Counted from the first letter of the stretch, positions 28,026 to 39,341 are shown. The stretch is DNA of 64,000 bases from Calditrichaceae bacterium (GCA_050173015.1 JBFXLE010000008.1:584-64583), one strand, 5' to 3'. The notes: generated by a model from the sequence alone, not told the origin. Translations and numbers: made by a program.

Positions 28026-30125
28026 TTATTGCTTTTCACTTGAATTCTGGCGTTTAAGGAATTCTCTGCGGCTGAGAGCAATTTTGCCGTCCGGTGATAT
28101 ACCCTTAACAACCACATCGATTTCGTCACCTTCCTTAACGATATCGGTAACTTTGTTTGTCCTTGCCACATCAAGTTCAGAAATATGAACCATACCCTCT
28201 TTGTTGGGCATAAATTCAACAAACGCGCCGAAATCCTTTACGCGTTTGACTGTCCCTTTATATGCTTTTCCGACGACGGGTTCCTCTATCAAAGAATTTA
28301 CCATTTTAAGGGCTTTTTCGGCAGCTTCCGTATCATCGGATGCGATGACAACCTTACCTGTATCATCTATATCGATGCTCACTCCTGTGACTTCGATAAT
28401 TCCGCGGATGGTTTTGCCTCCGGGTCCGATGATGGTACCGATTTTTTCTGTCGGTACATAAATTTCCATAATCTTTGGCGCCCAACGGCTCATTTCTTTA
28501 CGCGGTTCATTTAATACTTCTTCCATTTTCCCCATTATGAACGCCCGGCCTTCTTTGGCCTGGTTCAGGGCATCAGCCATGATCTTTTTGGAAATTCCGT
28601 CAATCTTAATGTCCATCTGAACAGCCGTAATTCCGTTTTTGCTTCCGGCCACCTTAAAGTCCATATCACCAAGATGATCCTCGTCCCCAAGGATATCTGA
28701 AAGTATGGCAATTTTTGAATCCTCTTTGATTAGTCCCATCGCGATACCCGCGACAGTGCCTTTAACAGGAACACCGGCATCCATCAATGACAATGACCCT
28801 GAACAGACTGTGGCCATTGACGATGAACCGTTCGATTCAAGTACCTCGGACACTATGCGAATGGTATAAGGAAACGTCCCGTCTTCCGGAAGTAACGGTT
28901 TTAACGCCCGCTCAGCCAGATTACCATGTCCAATTTCACGACGGCTGACACCACGGATAGGTTTTGCTTCTCCCGTGCTGAACGGCGGGAAATTGTAATG
29001 TAAAAGATATTTTTTGGAAGTTTCACCTGCCAGGCCATCAATCGTTTGCTCATCTTGTTTGGTACCGAGTGTAACCACCCCCAGTGACTGGGTTTGCCCG
29101 CGTGTAAATAGCGCGGATCCGTGGGCACGCGGCAAGAGTCCCACTTCACTGGTTATTTCCCGGATATCTTTAAGACCTCTTCCGTCAAGCCGCACATTGT
29201 CATTGATGATCATTGAACGAACTTCAACTTTTTCTATATCATGAATAATGGCCGCGATTAATTTTGCGGATTCGGGATAACTTTCTTCCAATTCAGTGAC
29301 CGCTAAATCTCTAACCGCTTTTAAAGCCTGCCGTCTCTCAGATTTTTCAGCAATTCTGACAGCTTTCTTAATACCTTCAAGAGTTAACTCGGTCACCTTC
29401 TCTTCCAGCCCTTCAGGTAATTCAGCTTTCTCAAATGCGCGTTTTTCGATTTTCAACTCACTGAAAAGTTCCCTTTGAAGCGCCGTGAGTTTTTTAATCG
29501 CTTTATGCGCTTCATCAATCGCGGTCAGAAGATCATCTTCAGACACTTCTTTTGCTTCACCTTCAACCATCATGATCGAATCATCTGAACCGGCTACAAC
29601 CAGTTCTAATTCCGCGTTTTTGATTTGGGTGATTGTCGGATTAATAACATATTCTCCGTCGATTTTCGCGACCCGTACGGTGGCTATTGGGCCATTGAAC
29701 GGGATATTTGACAGACCAAGAGCGGTTGCAGAGCCAAGGCCGGCCAATACATCAGCATCGTTTTCTTTATCCATTGACAGGACATTGGCGATAATCTGAG
29801 TTTCGTTCTGAAAGCCATCCGGAAACAATGGTCGAATCGGCCGGTCAATTAACCGCGCGGAAAGGATTTCCTTATCACTGGGTCTTCCTTCTCTTTTGAT
29901 AAAACCACCGGGTATTTTTCCTGCTGAATATGTTTTTTCACGGTATTCAACACTTAACGGGAAAAAGTCCAGATGTGGAGAAGGATCTTCCGCCGCTACC
30001 GCGGTAACCAGGACGACTGTATCGCCATAACTGACGACGACAGCGCCGTCTGCCTGTTTCGCCATTCTGCCTGTTTCTATTGTGAGCGTTCTGCCACTCA
30101 ACTCAATCGATTTTCTAACAACCAT
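28026..30125 (-). CDS. pnp: Polyribonucleotide nucleotidyltransferase
   Basis: RREIGHG, SNGSSSMA, GDMDFKVAG, KH and S1 domains. Confidence 0.99.
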   Translation of the reverse strand: MVVRKSIELSGRTLTIETGRMAKQADGAVVVSYGDTVVLVTAVAAEDPSPHLDFFPLSVEYREKTYSAGKIPGGFIKREGRPSDKEILSARLIDRPIRPLFPDGFQNETQIIANVLSMDKENDADVLAGLGSATALGLSNIPFNGPIATVRVAKIDGEYVINPTITQIKNAELELVVAGSDDSIMMVEGEAKEVSEDDLLTAIDEAHKAIKKLTALQRELFSELKIEKRAFEKAELPEGLEEKVTELTLEGIKKAVRIAEKSERRQALKAVRDLAVTELEESYPESAKLIAAIIHDIEKVEVRSMIINDNVRLDGRGLKDIREITSEVGLLPRAHGSALFTRGQTQSLGVVTLGTKQDEQTIDGLAGETSKKYLLHYNFPPFSTGEAKPIRGVSRREIGHGNLAERALKPLLPEDGTFPYTIRIVSEVLESNGSSSMATVCSGSLSLMDAGVPVKGTVAGIAMGLIKEDSKIAILSDILGDEDHLGDMDFKVAGSKNGITAVQMDIKIDGISKKIMADALNQAKEGRAFIMGKMEEVLNEPRKEMSRWAPKIMEIYVPTEKIGTIIGPGGKTIRGIIEVTGVSIDIDDTGKVVIASDDTEAAEKALKMVNSLIEEPVVGKAYKGTVKRVKDFGAFVEFMPNKEGMVHISELDVARTNKVTDIVKEGDEIDVVVKGISPDGKIALSRREFLKRQNSSEKQ

Positions 30126-30152
30126 TTAACCTCCAAAAATGCGATAATCAAC

Positions 30153-30422
30153 TTATCGTCTTATACCTAATTCTTCAATTAATTTACGATATCTCATTAC
30201 GTCTGTTTTCTGGAGATAACGCAGAAATCTTCTTCTTTGACCAACGAGTTTTAGCAGCCCGCGGCGGGAATGATGATCTTTTTTGTGTGTTTTTAAATGT
30301 TCGGTCAGATACTTAATACGCTCGGTCAATAATGCTACCTGTACTTCTGATTTCCCGGTATCGTTGGCATTTTCGCCGTATTTGCTGACCAATTCTGATC
30401 TTTCAGCTTTTGTTAAAGCCAT
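30153..30422 (-). CDS. rpsO: 30S ribosomal protein S15
   Basis: [25 protein letters not shown]. Confidence 0.99.
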   Translation of the reverse strand: MALTKAERSELVSKYGENANDTGKSEVQVALLTERIKYLTEHLKTHKKDHHSRRGLLKLVGQRRRFLRYLQKTDVMRYRKLIEELGIRR

Positions 30423-30438
30423 GTTTCTTCCTCCAAAA

Positions 30439-31362
30439 TTAAATATTCAAACTGTTTTGTCTATCAATTTCAAGTTGAGCTATCAATTCTTCAACAGAAT
30501 TGAATTTGATTTCATCGCGAAGGCGTTTCTTAAAATAGACGGTTAATTTATCCCCATAAATATCTTTTTTGAAATCAAATATATGGGTTTCAATATTTAG
30601 CTGATCCAAACCAAATGTCGGGCGGAATCCAATATTCATCATCCCCTTGTATATTTGGTCGTTATGTTTGACATCCACCGCATAGACACCTTTTGCGGGG
30701 ATCAATTTATTCGGGTTCTCCACCTCTATATTCGCGGTGTGAAAATTGAGTTTTTTTCCTCGTCCGTCACCGGGAACGACTTCCCCCGACATACTGTAAA
30801 GTCTGCCCAGATATAATGCAGCTTTCTCCACCTCACCTTCGATTAAGGCGTTCCGGATAGTCGTACTGCTGATCACCTGGTTATTTACTTCAAACGGTCC
30901 AACTTTTTCGACATCAAATTTAAACTCATCACTCAGCAGAAGCAGGTTTTCAAAATTTCCTTCCCTGTTTTTACCAAAGGCGTGATCATAACCGACAACT
31001 ACCACTTTTGCCATCAATTTTTCAAGCAGAATTGATTTAACAAATTGGCGGTAATTGGTTTGAGAAAATTCATGATCAAACTTGATAATCACTAACCGAT
31101 CAATACCGCTTTCCCTGATAATTTCGATCTTTTCGTCTTTGTCGGTTATGAGTTTTACAGCTTCTTTAAACTTACTCTTCACGACTAATTTTGGATGAGG
31201 ATGAAATGTAACCATTGTGGAACATAGTTTCTTTTCATTCGCTATCGCCATTAGCCGGGCAATAATCTTCTTGTGACCTAAATGAATTCCGTCAAAGGTT
31301 CCGACCGTAATCGCGCAGGGAAATTTACTATATATATTTTCTATTCCGTCAATAATTTCCAT
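30439..31362 (-). CDS. ribF: Riboflavin kinase / FAD synthetase
   Basis: [35 protein letters not shown]; likely start MEIIDG. Confidence 0.97.
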   Translation of the reverse strand: MEIIDGIENIYSKFPCAITVGTFDGIHLGHKKIIARLMAIANEKKLCSTMVTFHPHPKLVVKSKFKEAVKLITDKDEKIEIIRESGIDRLVIIKFDHEFSQTNYRQFVKSILLEKLMAKVVVVGYDHAFGKNREGNFENLLLLSDEFKFDVEKVGPFEVNNQVISSTTIRNALIEGEVEKAALYLGRLYSMSGEVVPGDGRGKKLNFHTANIEVENPNKLIPAKGVYAVDVKHNDQIYKGMMNIGFRPTFGLDQLNIETHIFDFKKDIYGDKLTVYFKKRLRDEIKFNSVEELIAQLEIDRQNSLNI

Positions 31363-31367
31363 ATCTA

Positions 31368-32048
31368 TTATGCCGCTAACTCTTTCCAATATCCGATAAA
31401 TTCATTGATAGTAAAACTGTCTTCGAGTTTATACTGACCAATTGAGGATCTTTCCAATTCTTCCAGACAGGCTCCTACTCCCAGTATTTCTCCCAGCTCA
31501 TGCGCATAAGACCGGATATATGTTCCCTTCGAAACATTAAGATCTAAACTCAGTAAAGGGTTTTCCCAGGATAACAACCGCGCTTCATGAATCGTTATAT
31601 TTACTGGTTTTCGTTCAATCTCAACCCCTTTACGCGCCAGTTTATATAGTGTCTGTCCGTTTACCTTTTTCGCGGAATACATGGGAGGTACCTGCTCCAG
31701 ATTTCCGGTCATCTTCTGAATCGCGCTTTCTATCCCGGACAATTCCAGATGATCCGTTGCGGTCTCCCTCACTATATTTCCTGTCCGGTCATATGTATCG
31801 GTTTCAATTCCAAATTTAATCAAGGCGCGGTATGTTTTTGAAAGTCCGCTCAGATCAGCCATCATTTTCGTACCTTTTCCCACTCCGATAATCAACAAAC
31901 CTGTCGCAAATGGATCAAGCGTTCCCGCATGGCCGACTTTTTTAACTTTCAGATAATTTCTGATTTTCTTTACCGCATCAAAGGAAGTCCAGTTCTCTTC
32001 CTTATTTATAAGAACTAAAAATCCTTTTTCGAGCCCGTCCCCGGACAT
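31368..32048 (-). CDS. truB: tRNA pseudouridine(55) synthase
   Basis: KVGHAGTLDPFATG, QVPPMYSA, SKGTYIRS. Confidence 0.97.
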   Translation of the reverse strand: MSGDGLEKGFLVLINKEENWTSFDAVKKIRNYLKVKKVGHAGTLDPFATGLLIIGVGKGTKMMADLSGLSKTYRALIKFGIETDTYDRTGNIVRETATDHLELSGIESAIQKMTGNLEQVPPMYSAKKVNGQTLYKLARKGVEIERKPVNITIHEARLLSWENPLLSLDLNVSKGTYIRSYAHELGEILGVGACLEELERSSIGQYKLEDSFTINEFIGYWKELAA

Positions 32049-32052
32049 AACG

Positions 32053-32418
32053 CTATTTTTTTTCAGAATCGGAATCATTCTCGATTTTTTTCAAAAGACT
32101 ATTTATTCGCGCCGCGTATTCTATTGATTCATCATAGAAAAAGCGCAATTCCGGTAACCATCGCGCCGTGATTGTCGACCGGAGCTCATTTCTGATAAAG
32201 GATGCAGAACGTTTAAGCACTTTAGATGTCTTCTCTTTCTGCAGGTCGTCTCCAAGCACCGTATAATAAACGCTCGCGATTTTAAGATCGGGAGAAATTT
32301 TCACATTTGTCAATGTGATCATTCCTTTTTCCGGATCCTTTACTTTTAAATCAATGATCGAACCAAGCGCTTTTTTCAGAGCGCCCGAATAGCGATCCTG
32401 TCTTCTTTGCTGAGCCAT
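32053..32418 (-). CDS. rbfA: Ribosome-binding factor A
   Basis: KDP, SPDLKIASVY, PELRFFYD; operon position. Confidence 0.95.
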   Translation of the reverse strand: MAQQRRQDRYSGALKKALGSIIDLKVKDPEKGMITLTNVKISPDLKIASVYYTVLGDDLQKEKTSKVLKRSASFIRNELRSTITARWLPELRFFYDESIEYAARINSLLKKIENDSDSEKK

Positions 32419-32423
32419 AAAAT

Positions 32424-32705
32424 CTATCTATAATCAAATTGATATTTTATTATTTCAAATTCCATCTCATTGTCGAGATCCCGGAATATTTTTTGCATCA
32501 TCTGATCCGTAAACGATTTATCGGATGAGACAATCGCGAAGGCGATCAAAGAACGCTGCCATTTATCATTATAATCGATTTCCGCGACCGAAACATTGTA
32601 TTTTTTCCGAACCCGGTCACGAATCCTGTTGAGGACAACGCGTTTATCTTTGAGTGACGCGCTTCCGGGAATCAGAATTTCTGTTGTCAGTACTCCGACA
32701 AACAT
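32424..32705 (-). CDS. DUF503 (YlxP-like) protein
   Basis: SLKDKR, NVSVAE, DKWQR; between infB and rbfA. Confidence 0.9.
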   Translation of the reverse strand: MFVGVLTTEILIPGSASLKDKRVVLNRIRDRVRKKYNVSVAEIDYNDKWQRSLIAFAIVSSDKSFTDQMMQKIFRDLDNEMEFEIIKYQFDYR

Positions 32706-32714
32706 ACGCATTCT

Positions 32715-35420
32715 TTATGCCAAATGTCTCTTAACTTTAGAAATCTGATACGATTCAATGATATCACCGATTTTAAGGTCATTATAATTTTCGATCTGGA
32801 TTCCGCATTCAAATCCCGATGCTACCTCTCTCGTATCCTCCTTAAATCTTTTGAGCGATGCTATATTTCCGGAATAAATTTCCTTATCATCTCTGATCAG
32901 GCGTACTTTGTTATTTCGCAATATTTTCCCGTTGAGCACATAACAACCCGCGATCACACCAAGACGTGATATTTTGAAAGTTTCTCTGACCTCTGCCTGC
33001 CCCAGAACCGCTTCTGATTCTTCCGGCTCAAGGAGACCTTCAAGCGCCAATTTCACTTCGTTTATCGCGTCATAGACAACACGATAATGACGGATATCTA
33101 CATCTTCTTTTTCAGCAAGTTCCTTCGCCTTTGTATTCGTGCGGATATTAAATCCGATTATAACAGCATCTGACGCGGCGGCGAGAAGAATATCGTTTTC
33201 AGAAACGGGACCGACTGCTTTACGTATCACATTCACCTGCACTTCTGACGTATTCAATTTTATCAGTGAATCGGCCAGAGCTTCCGCCGAACCGTCCACA
33301 TCCGCTTTAACGAGAATATTCAGGTCTTTTACAGCGCCAAGCTTGATCTGCTCAGAAATTTGATCAAGTGTTTTCAATTTTACTTTTCTCGAGTCCTGTT
33401 CACGTCTTAATTGCTGCCGTTTAACACCGATATCTCTTGCGGCGCGTTCATCGTTCATCACAACAAATTTATCACCTGCCTGAGGAACGCCCATAAACCC
33501 GACAACTACCGCCGGCTGGGAAGGACCGACCTTTTTAATACGATCATCCGATTCATTAAACAACGCCCTGACTTTTCCGTAATATTGTCCAGCTATAAAA
33601 TTATCGCCAACTTTAAGTGTTCCGTTTTGAATGAGAACGGTCGCGATGGCTCCCTTGCCTTTATCAAGACGCGCCTCAACAACGTGTCCGGCCGCATTTC
33701 TATCCGGGTTGGCTTTAAGATCAAGCATTTCCGCTTCCAGAAGAACTTTTTCGAGCAATTCAGGAATCCCTTTCCCGAGTTTGGCTGAAATTTCAGCACA
33801 TTGATATGTGCCTCCCCAATCTTCAACCAGAACATTTCTTTCTGCCAGCTGTTGTTTTATTCTTTCCGAATTGGCTCCGGGTTTATCAATTTTATTGATG
33901 GCAATTACGATTTTCACACCTGCCGCTTTGGCATGATCAAGGGCTTCGTCGGTTTGAGGCATAACCGCGTCATCCGCAGCAATAATCAGAATTACAATAT
34001 CCGTTACCTGCGCGCCTCGTGCCCGCATCGCCGTAAATGCTTCGTGACCGGGTGTATCAAGAAAGGTGATACGTTTTTCATTGTACTCAACTTCATAAGC
34101 ACCGATATGCTGAGTTATACCCCCTGCTTCACCGCTTACAATGTTACTATGCCGTAAAAAGTCCAGCAACGAGGTTTTACCATGATCAACATGGCCCATA
34201 ATCGTTACGATTGGAGCTCTGGGCTTCAGACTTTGTTCATCATCTTCTTCTTCCTCGATCTCATCTTCCGCGAATTCAGAAACAAACTGTTCTTCTACTT
34301 TGAACCCATATTCTTCTGCGAGAAGAGTAATCGTATCCAGATCCAGTCTTTGATTTATTGATACAACCAGGCCGAGTTCCAGACATTTTGTGATAATCTC
34401 CGCGACTGAAACATCCATCATATTGGCAAGGTCACTAGCGGAAATAAATTCAGTTACCTTGATGATATTTTCTTCAATCTCTTCACCATTTTCAACTCTT
34501 ATCTTCTTATGACGTTTTGGCTTACGCCCCTTACTGTCAATGGATGCGAGTGTTTTTTTAACATTATCCTGAACTTCCTTAAGATCGACCTGTTTTCTTT
34601 TCGGTTTCTTGCTTTTGCGTTTTCTTGATCCGCCTTCGCCATCAGAATCAGATCTTGTAATATCAACTTTTCCCGGTGACGGACGTTTTTTCCCATCTTT
34701 GCGAATCATTTCCAGGGCTTTTCTGCGTTTTTTCTCTTTCTCGCTAAGAAACGCATCTTCTTCGTTGGTTTTTTTCTTTTCCTTGTCTTTCCCCGGAACC
34801 GATTTTTTTACCCTTGATTCATCTTCTGCCTTTACAGGTGCTTCCACTAAGGGTTCCTGATGTTTTTGAACCACATCCGGTTGTTTCCGGTCAGATATAT
34901 CAGCAACCGGATCAGTTTTTATTTCCTCTTTGGCGGATACCGTTTCTATTTCTTTTGTTTCTGGAATATCAACGACTTTTTTCGGTTTTTTAGCTTTCGT
35001 ATACGGAGCTCCTTCATCGACGGCTGGCTTATCAACTTTGATCTCGTCTTTTTTCTTTTTGGGCTCTGCTTTCTTTTTATCTACAGGAGGTTTGCTTAAA
35101 GCCTCGGCACCATCAGCAATGGACTTTTTAATGGCTTTCATATAAGCAGAATCGCTCTGAACTTCTTTTTCCTGATCAGTTTCCTCAGTCAAAGCGCTTT
35201 CCGGCTGGCTCATGCTTTCTTTACGAGCCTTCAGCACTTCGGCTTTCGCCTTGTCCGTTGCAAACTTCTCTAGTATATCGATATAAATTTCTTCATCGAT
35301 AGGTGTATTCGGCCCCGCAACCTTAATTCCTTTTTTTTGCAGGAAATCACTTATCGTTTCATGTCCGAGATTCAGTTCTTTGCAAATTTTAAATAGCTTG
35401 TATTTTTTACCAACCGCCAT
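32715..35420 (-). CDS. infB: Translation initiation factor IF-2
   Basis: GHVDHGKT, DTPGHEAF, NKID. Confidence 0.99.
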   Translation of the reverse strand: MAVGKKYKLFKICKELNLGHETISDFLQKKGIKVAGPNTPIDEEIYIDILEKFATDKAKAEVLKARKESMSQPESALTEETDQEKEVQSDSAYMKAIKKSIADGAEALSKPPVDKKKAEPKKKKDEIKVDKPAVDEGAPYTKAKKPKKVVDIPETKEIETVSAKEEIKTDPVADISDRKQPDVVQKHQEPLVEAPVKAEDESRVKKSVPGKDKEKKKTNEEDAFLSEKEKKRRKALEMIRKDGKKRPSPGKVDITRSDSDGEGGSRKRKSKKPKRKQVDLKEVQDNVKKTLASIDSKGRKPKRHKKIRVENGEEIEENIIKVTEFISASDLANMMDVSVAEIITKCLELGLVVSINQRLDLDTITLLAEEYGFKVEEQFVSEFAEDEIEEEEDDEQSLKPRAPIVTIMGHVDHGKTSLLDFLRHSNIVSGEAGGITQHIGAYEVEYNEKRITFLDTPGHEAFTAMRARGAQVTDIVILIIAADDAVMPQTDEALDHAKAAGVKIVIAINKIDKPGANSERIKQQLAERNVLVEDWGGTYQCAEISAKLGKGIPELLEKVLLEAEMLDLKANPDRNAAGHVVEARLDKGKGAIATVLIQNGTLKVGDNFIAGQYYGKVRALFNESDDRIKKVGPSQPAVVVGFMGVPQAGDKFVVMNDERAARDIGVKRQQLRREQDSRKVKLKTLDQISEQIKLGAVKDLNILVKADVDGSAEALADSLIKLNTSEVQVNVIRKAVGPVSENDILLAAASDAVIIGFNIRTNTKAKELAEKEDVDIRHYRVVYDAINEVKLALEGLLEPEESEAVLGQAEVRETFKISRLGVIAGCYVLNGKILRNNKVRLIRDDKEIYSGNIASLKRFKEDTREVASGFECGIQIENYNDLKIGDIIESYQISKVKRHLA

Positions 35421-35468
35421 TTACACTCCAAATTCTATAATATAGTCCTTTTAAATTTCTGAAACAGG

Positions 35469-36722
35469 TTATTCAGTTTCAGGCTGTCCTTCAGGTAAAT
35501 ATTTTTGAATAATTTCCAGAATTTTTTCGACAGACTTTGGTCCGATTCCGGATATTTTTTTAAGACCTTCTTCCCCAAGTTCAGACACTTCATATACATC
35601 CAGAACATCAGCATCAAGAAGCTTATTCTTCAATGCTTCCGGCAGTTCTGTAACATCCTCGATGGCGGTATAGGTCTGACTGCTTTCTGTTTTATATTCT
35701 GATTCACGGATCGGTTCGATTTGATAACCGGTTATTTCAGACGCGAGCCGCAAATTTTGTCCACCTTTACCGATTGCCAGCGACATCTGATCATCCGGGA
35801 TTACCGCAACCGCCATGTTATCATCACGGTTTACAATAATTTTAACCGGCTTGGCAGGCGCCAGCGCCCGTGAAATAAATATTTCAGGCTCGGTGGAAAA
35901 ATTAATTATATCGATTTTTTCGTTATTTAATTCCTTCACGATGGCCTGAATTCTGACTCCCTTCATACCGACGCACGCGCCGACAGGATCGATCCGCCGG
36001 TCGATGGATTCAACGGCGATTTTTGAACGGTCTCCCGCATCTCTGGCAACCCGTTTTATCTCAACGATACCATCGTATATCTCAGGAACCTCCAGCTCGA
36101 ACAACCGTACCAGGAAATTTTTATCGGCGCGGCTGACAATAATTTCCGGACCGCGTCCCTGATTTCTTACTTCTTTAATGATACAACGCATTGTATCACC
36201 TCTTCTCAAACGCTCGTTGTAAATCTGCTCTTCCCGCGGGAGGTAAACCTCTGTTTTATCTACATTGATATAAATTCCGCGTTTCTGCATTTGATGAATA
36301 TCACCAATGATGATCTCGCCGATTCTATTTTTATATTCCCCGAGAATATTGTCACGTTCAAAATCACGTATTTTCTGATTCAGATTCTGCTTTGCGGTCA
36401 CGATCAAGCGTCTCCCGAAAGAAATGGGATCAATGACTTCTACGATATCCTCACCAATCTCTGCATCGGGATCAATTTTTCTGGCTGACTCCAGGTCAAT
36501 TTGCGATACGGGATCTTCTACTTCTTCAACTACAGTTTTCTCCTGATAGATCTCAATATCACCCTTATCGATGTTCACAATAACATCAAAATTATCGGAA
36601 ACGCCGTATCTCTTTTGGATGAGCTGAATAAAAATATTTTCCAGCATATCCCTGAGATGCTCTTTCTCAATTTTTTTATCCTTGGCGATTTGAGTAATGG
36701 CTTCCATTATCTCACTATTCAT
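35469..36722 (-). CDS. nusA: Transcription termination factor NusA
   Basis: LFELEVPEI, DPVGACVG, SLAIGKGGQN, C-terminal HhH. Confidence 0.99.
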   Translation of the reverse strand: MNSEIMEAITQIAKDKKIEKEHLRDMLENIFIQLIQKRYGVSDNFDVIVNIDKGDIEIYQEKTVVEEVEDPVSQIDLESARKIDPDAEIGEDIVEVIDPISFGRRLIVTAKQNLNQKIRDFERDNILGEYKNRIGEIIIGDIHQMQKRGIYINVDKTEVYLPREEQIYNERLRRGDTMRCIIKEVRNQGRGPEIIVSRADKNFLVRLFELEVPEIYDGIVEIKRVARDAGDRSKIAVESIDRRIDPVGACVGMKGVRIQAIVKELNNEKIDIINFSTEPEIFISRALAPAKPVKIIVNRDDNMAVAVIPDDQMSLAIGKGGQNLRLASEITGYQIEPIRESEYKTESSQTYTAIEDVTELPEALKNKLLDADVLDVYEVSELGEEGLKKISGIGPKSVEKILEIIQKYLPEGQPETE

Positions 36723-36746
36723 AACAATCTTTTATCCTCCCAAAGA

Positions 36747-37199
36747 TTACCATTTTAATTTAACTTTTGCCTGATCAATCGCAGGTCGACTTATTTTAAT
36801 AATATTTTTACGCCGATCCTGTAACCGAATCTCATCAGAATCGAACTCTAACAGCTTGCCGGTATATTCTATTCCATCATGATCAAGATTCATCCGGACT
36901 AATAATTCCTGCCCGATATTCTTTTTGAATTCATAATCTTCAACAAGCGGTCTGTCGATTCCGGGCGATGAAACATCCAATCTATATTTTTCAGGGAACA
37001 AGTCATCCATATCAATCTCATCTTTTATTTCCCGGGACAAGTTCTCACACTCCCCCATGGTGATTCCCTGCTCACTATCAGCAAAAACCTGAAAGATAGG
37101 ATTTTTCGCGTCACCTTTATACTTTATCTCTACCAGAACCAAATTTAGATCGCTGCATATTGATTTTACAATTTGTTCCAGTTTCTCTCTAATATCCAA
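36747..37199 (-). CDS. rimP: Ribosome maturation factor RimP
   Basis: YRLDVSSPGIDRPL; TTG at 37199 follows a GGAG RBS. Confidence 0.95.
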   Translation of the reverse strand: MDIREKLEQIVKSICSDLNLVLVEIKYKGDAKNPIFQVFADSEQGITMGECENLSREIKDEIDMDDLFPEKYRLDVSSPGIDRPLVEDYEFKKNIGQELLVRMNLDHDGIEYTGKLLEFDSDEIRLQDRRKNIIKISRPAIDQAKVKLKW

Positions 37200-37217
37200 A
37201 TCAATTCTCCAGATAAC

Positions 37218-37243
37218 AAAAAAGTGGGCTGAGAGACCCACTT
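37218..37243 (-). promoter_or_regulatory. rimP-leader terminator/attenuator hairpin
   Basis: Minus strand AAGTGGG-TCTCTCAG-CCCACTT-TTTT just upstream of the rimP RBS. Confidence 0.7.
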
Positions 37244-37323
37244 AACCGAAATGCAAAATATAAGAGTTATAATATCTTATTGCAAGTTAATTTCGAGATT
37301 TACATCTCGCGCGATCTCTTGAT

Positions 37324-38652
37324 CTAAGTCCGTCCAACCGTTTGTATTTTATAAAATGGATAGGACACCAATAATATAATCAAGCCAATCAGAGATTCAA
37401 TAAAATTCGAATAGAGAATATTAAATAAGATCAGGGCGCAAAGCAACAAATAGATTGTGACGGAAATGACGGCGCCAAGCTTTAATTTCGCCGAATATAA
37501 CATAATTTTGAACGAAATAGTTCCCGACATAATCGAGAACAGCAGGATGGCCGCCACAACAATCGTTAGGAGCTGATTAAATGTTCCCGAAAGCATTAAA
37601 ACAATCGACCAGACGCACTGCGTCCACAACGCAGCCGCGGGACTCGCATATTTCTTGTGCTCTTTCACCAGCCCGCTCCATAAATAACCATCGCGGGACA
37701 TGGCCTGGTAAATTCTGGGACCGGACAAAACCGTTGAATTGAGACTGCTTAAAATCGCGATTAAGATCATTGCCGCGATTGCCTTTGTCGCCTGTGGTCC
37801 CCATAGTTTCCCGGCCACAAGACTGGCTGAATTAATCTTATCTGAGAGCTCCGCCGGCGAAAGGACACTTAGAAACACATAATTAATGCCAAGATAAACA
37901 GCTACAACGACGATGATTCCTGTAATCAACGCCTTCGGAATAATCTTTTTGGGCGATTCGACTTCATTGGCAATGTAGTTTACGGTTGTCCATCCCATAT
38001 AAGTGAATAAGACAGCAACCAATCCCACGGAAAATGAATTCCATGAGGGATACACTTCCGCTTCAGGGTTGTTTACAAAACCGGTTGCGCCGTCAATTAG
38101 TCCGATAAAGATAAAAGTGATCATCAAAAATACAATGGCGGCCGTTAGAACAATCTGAGTGCGGCCTCCTGTTTGTATTCCCAGATAATTCAGATATGTC
38201 AGGATGATAATGCTTAAAATTCCGGCAATTTTAAATCCGTCAAGTGAAAAAAAATAGTCACCGGAAATGCCGATTGAAAAAATAGAATAATTAAGGCCCA
38301 AATTTGGAAAAACATCATTCAGATAATGGGCGGAGCCGATTCCAAGCGCGGCGATCGATCCGGTGTAAGTGATAAATATGGCCGACCAGCCAAAAAGATA
38401 AGAGAAGTAAGGATGATAATGCTCCTTGAAATAGGCGTAGTCGCCTCCCTGATAGGGCATATGACCGGCAAGAATTCCGTACGTCTTCGCGCCGGTATAG
38501 GCATATACGGCGCCAACCCCCCATGCCAGCAAAATAAAATAGGGATTCTGAATTTTTCCCGCGAGATAACCGGTGGTCGTAAAAATACCGACACCGATGA
38601 TATTTCCTATCGTCAAGGCTAAAGCAGTCCAAAAACCGATTTTTTTTTTCAT
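37324..38652 (-). CDS. APC family amino acid permease
   Basis: GNIIGVGIF, GGDY, FTYMGW, GPRIYQAMSRDG; ~12 TM. Confidence 0.93.
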   Translation of the reverse strand: MKKKIGFWTALALTIGNIIGVGIFTTTGYLAGKIQNPYFILLAWGVGAVYAYTGAKTYGILAGHMPYQGGDYAYFKEHYHPYFSYLFGWSAIFITYTGSIAALGIGSAHYLNDVFPNLGLNYSIFSIGISGDYFFSLDGFKIAGILSIIILTYLNYLGIQTGGRTQIVLTAAIVFLMITFIFIGLIDGATGFVNNPEAEVYPSWNSFSVGLVAVLFTYMGWTTVNYIANEVESPKKIIPKALITGIIVVVAVYLGINYVFLSVLSPAELSDKINSASLVAGKLWGPQATKAIAAMILIAILSSLNSTVLSGPRIYQAMSRDGYLWSGLVKEHKKYASPAAALWTQCVWSIVLMLSGTFNQLLTIVVAAILLFSIMSGTISFKIMLYSAKLKLGAVISVTIYLLLCALILFNILYSNFIESLIGLIILLVSYPFYKIQTVGRT

Positions 38653-39341
38653 AGAAAAATTCGCGCTATTTTGACAATCAGGGGCGTTATAAAAATAGCC
38701 GGTAAAAAGTTCGCGATATTAATTTTTTTAATATCAAGAATCAATATTCCTAAACCTATGATAATCAGACCTCCGACCGCGGTGGTTTCGTTAATTATTT
38801 CTGTTGAGAAAAAGCTGCTGAGATAGTACGCGGAAACAGTAAATCCTCCCTGAATAATAATGATGGTGATAATCGAGAAACCCACCCCTATGCCCAGCGA
38901 CGCGGTTAATGCAATCGAAGTAAATCCGTCCAGTACCGATTTAATAGCCAATAACTGATAATCTCCGTTCAGTCCATCATTAATTGAACCCAGAATCGTC
39001 ATCGGCCCAACACAAAAAATCAGACTGGCTGTGATGAATCCTTCCATAAAATTTCCATTACCGTCTATCTTATCCGCAAAGCGGGTTTTAAGAACTGTGG
39101 CGAAATTTTCCAGACCTTTATCCACTTTGATAAGATGACCAAATATTCCTCCAAGCAGCAAACCTCCTAAAGGTATCAGAATATTTTCCGTTTTAAGTCC
39201 CATTTGGATACCAAGCAGGATAGTAACCAGTCCGATACCATACAGCATTTGTTGCTTGAGCGACTCCGAAAATTTTGACCGTAAAAAATAACCGATGGCG
39301 CTGCCGATAAAAACAGTAATCACGTTGATGACTGTACCCAT
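38649..39341 (-). CDS. DUF554 family membrane protein
   Basis: GTVIN, FCVGPMTILGS, KSVLDG, NFLPA. Confidence 0.9.
   Translation of the reverse strand: MGTVINVITVFIGSAIGYFLRSKFSESLKQQMLYGIGLVTILLGIQMGLKTENILIPLGGLLLGGIFGHLIKVDKGLENFATVLKTRFADKIDGNGNFMEGFITASLIFCVGPMTILGSINDGLNGDYQLLAIKSVLDGFTSIALTASLGIGVGFSIITIIIIQGGFTVSAYYLSSFFSTEIINETTAVGGLIIIGLGILILDIKKINIANFLPAIFITPLIVKIARIFL

Noticed and set aside
37200-37241. GTG-started N-terminal extension of RimP
   Set aside because: It runs through the leader hairpin; TTG 37199 has the RBS.
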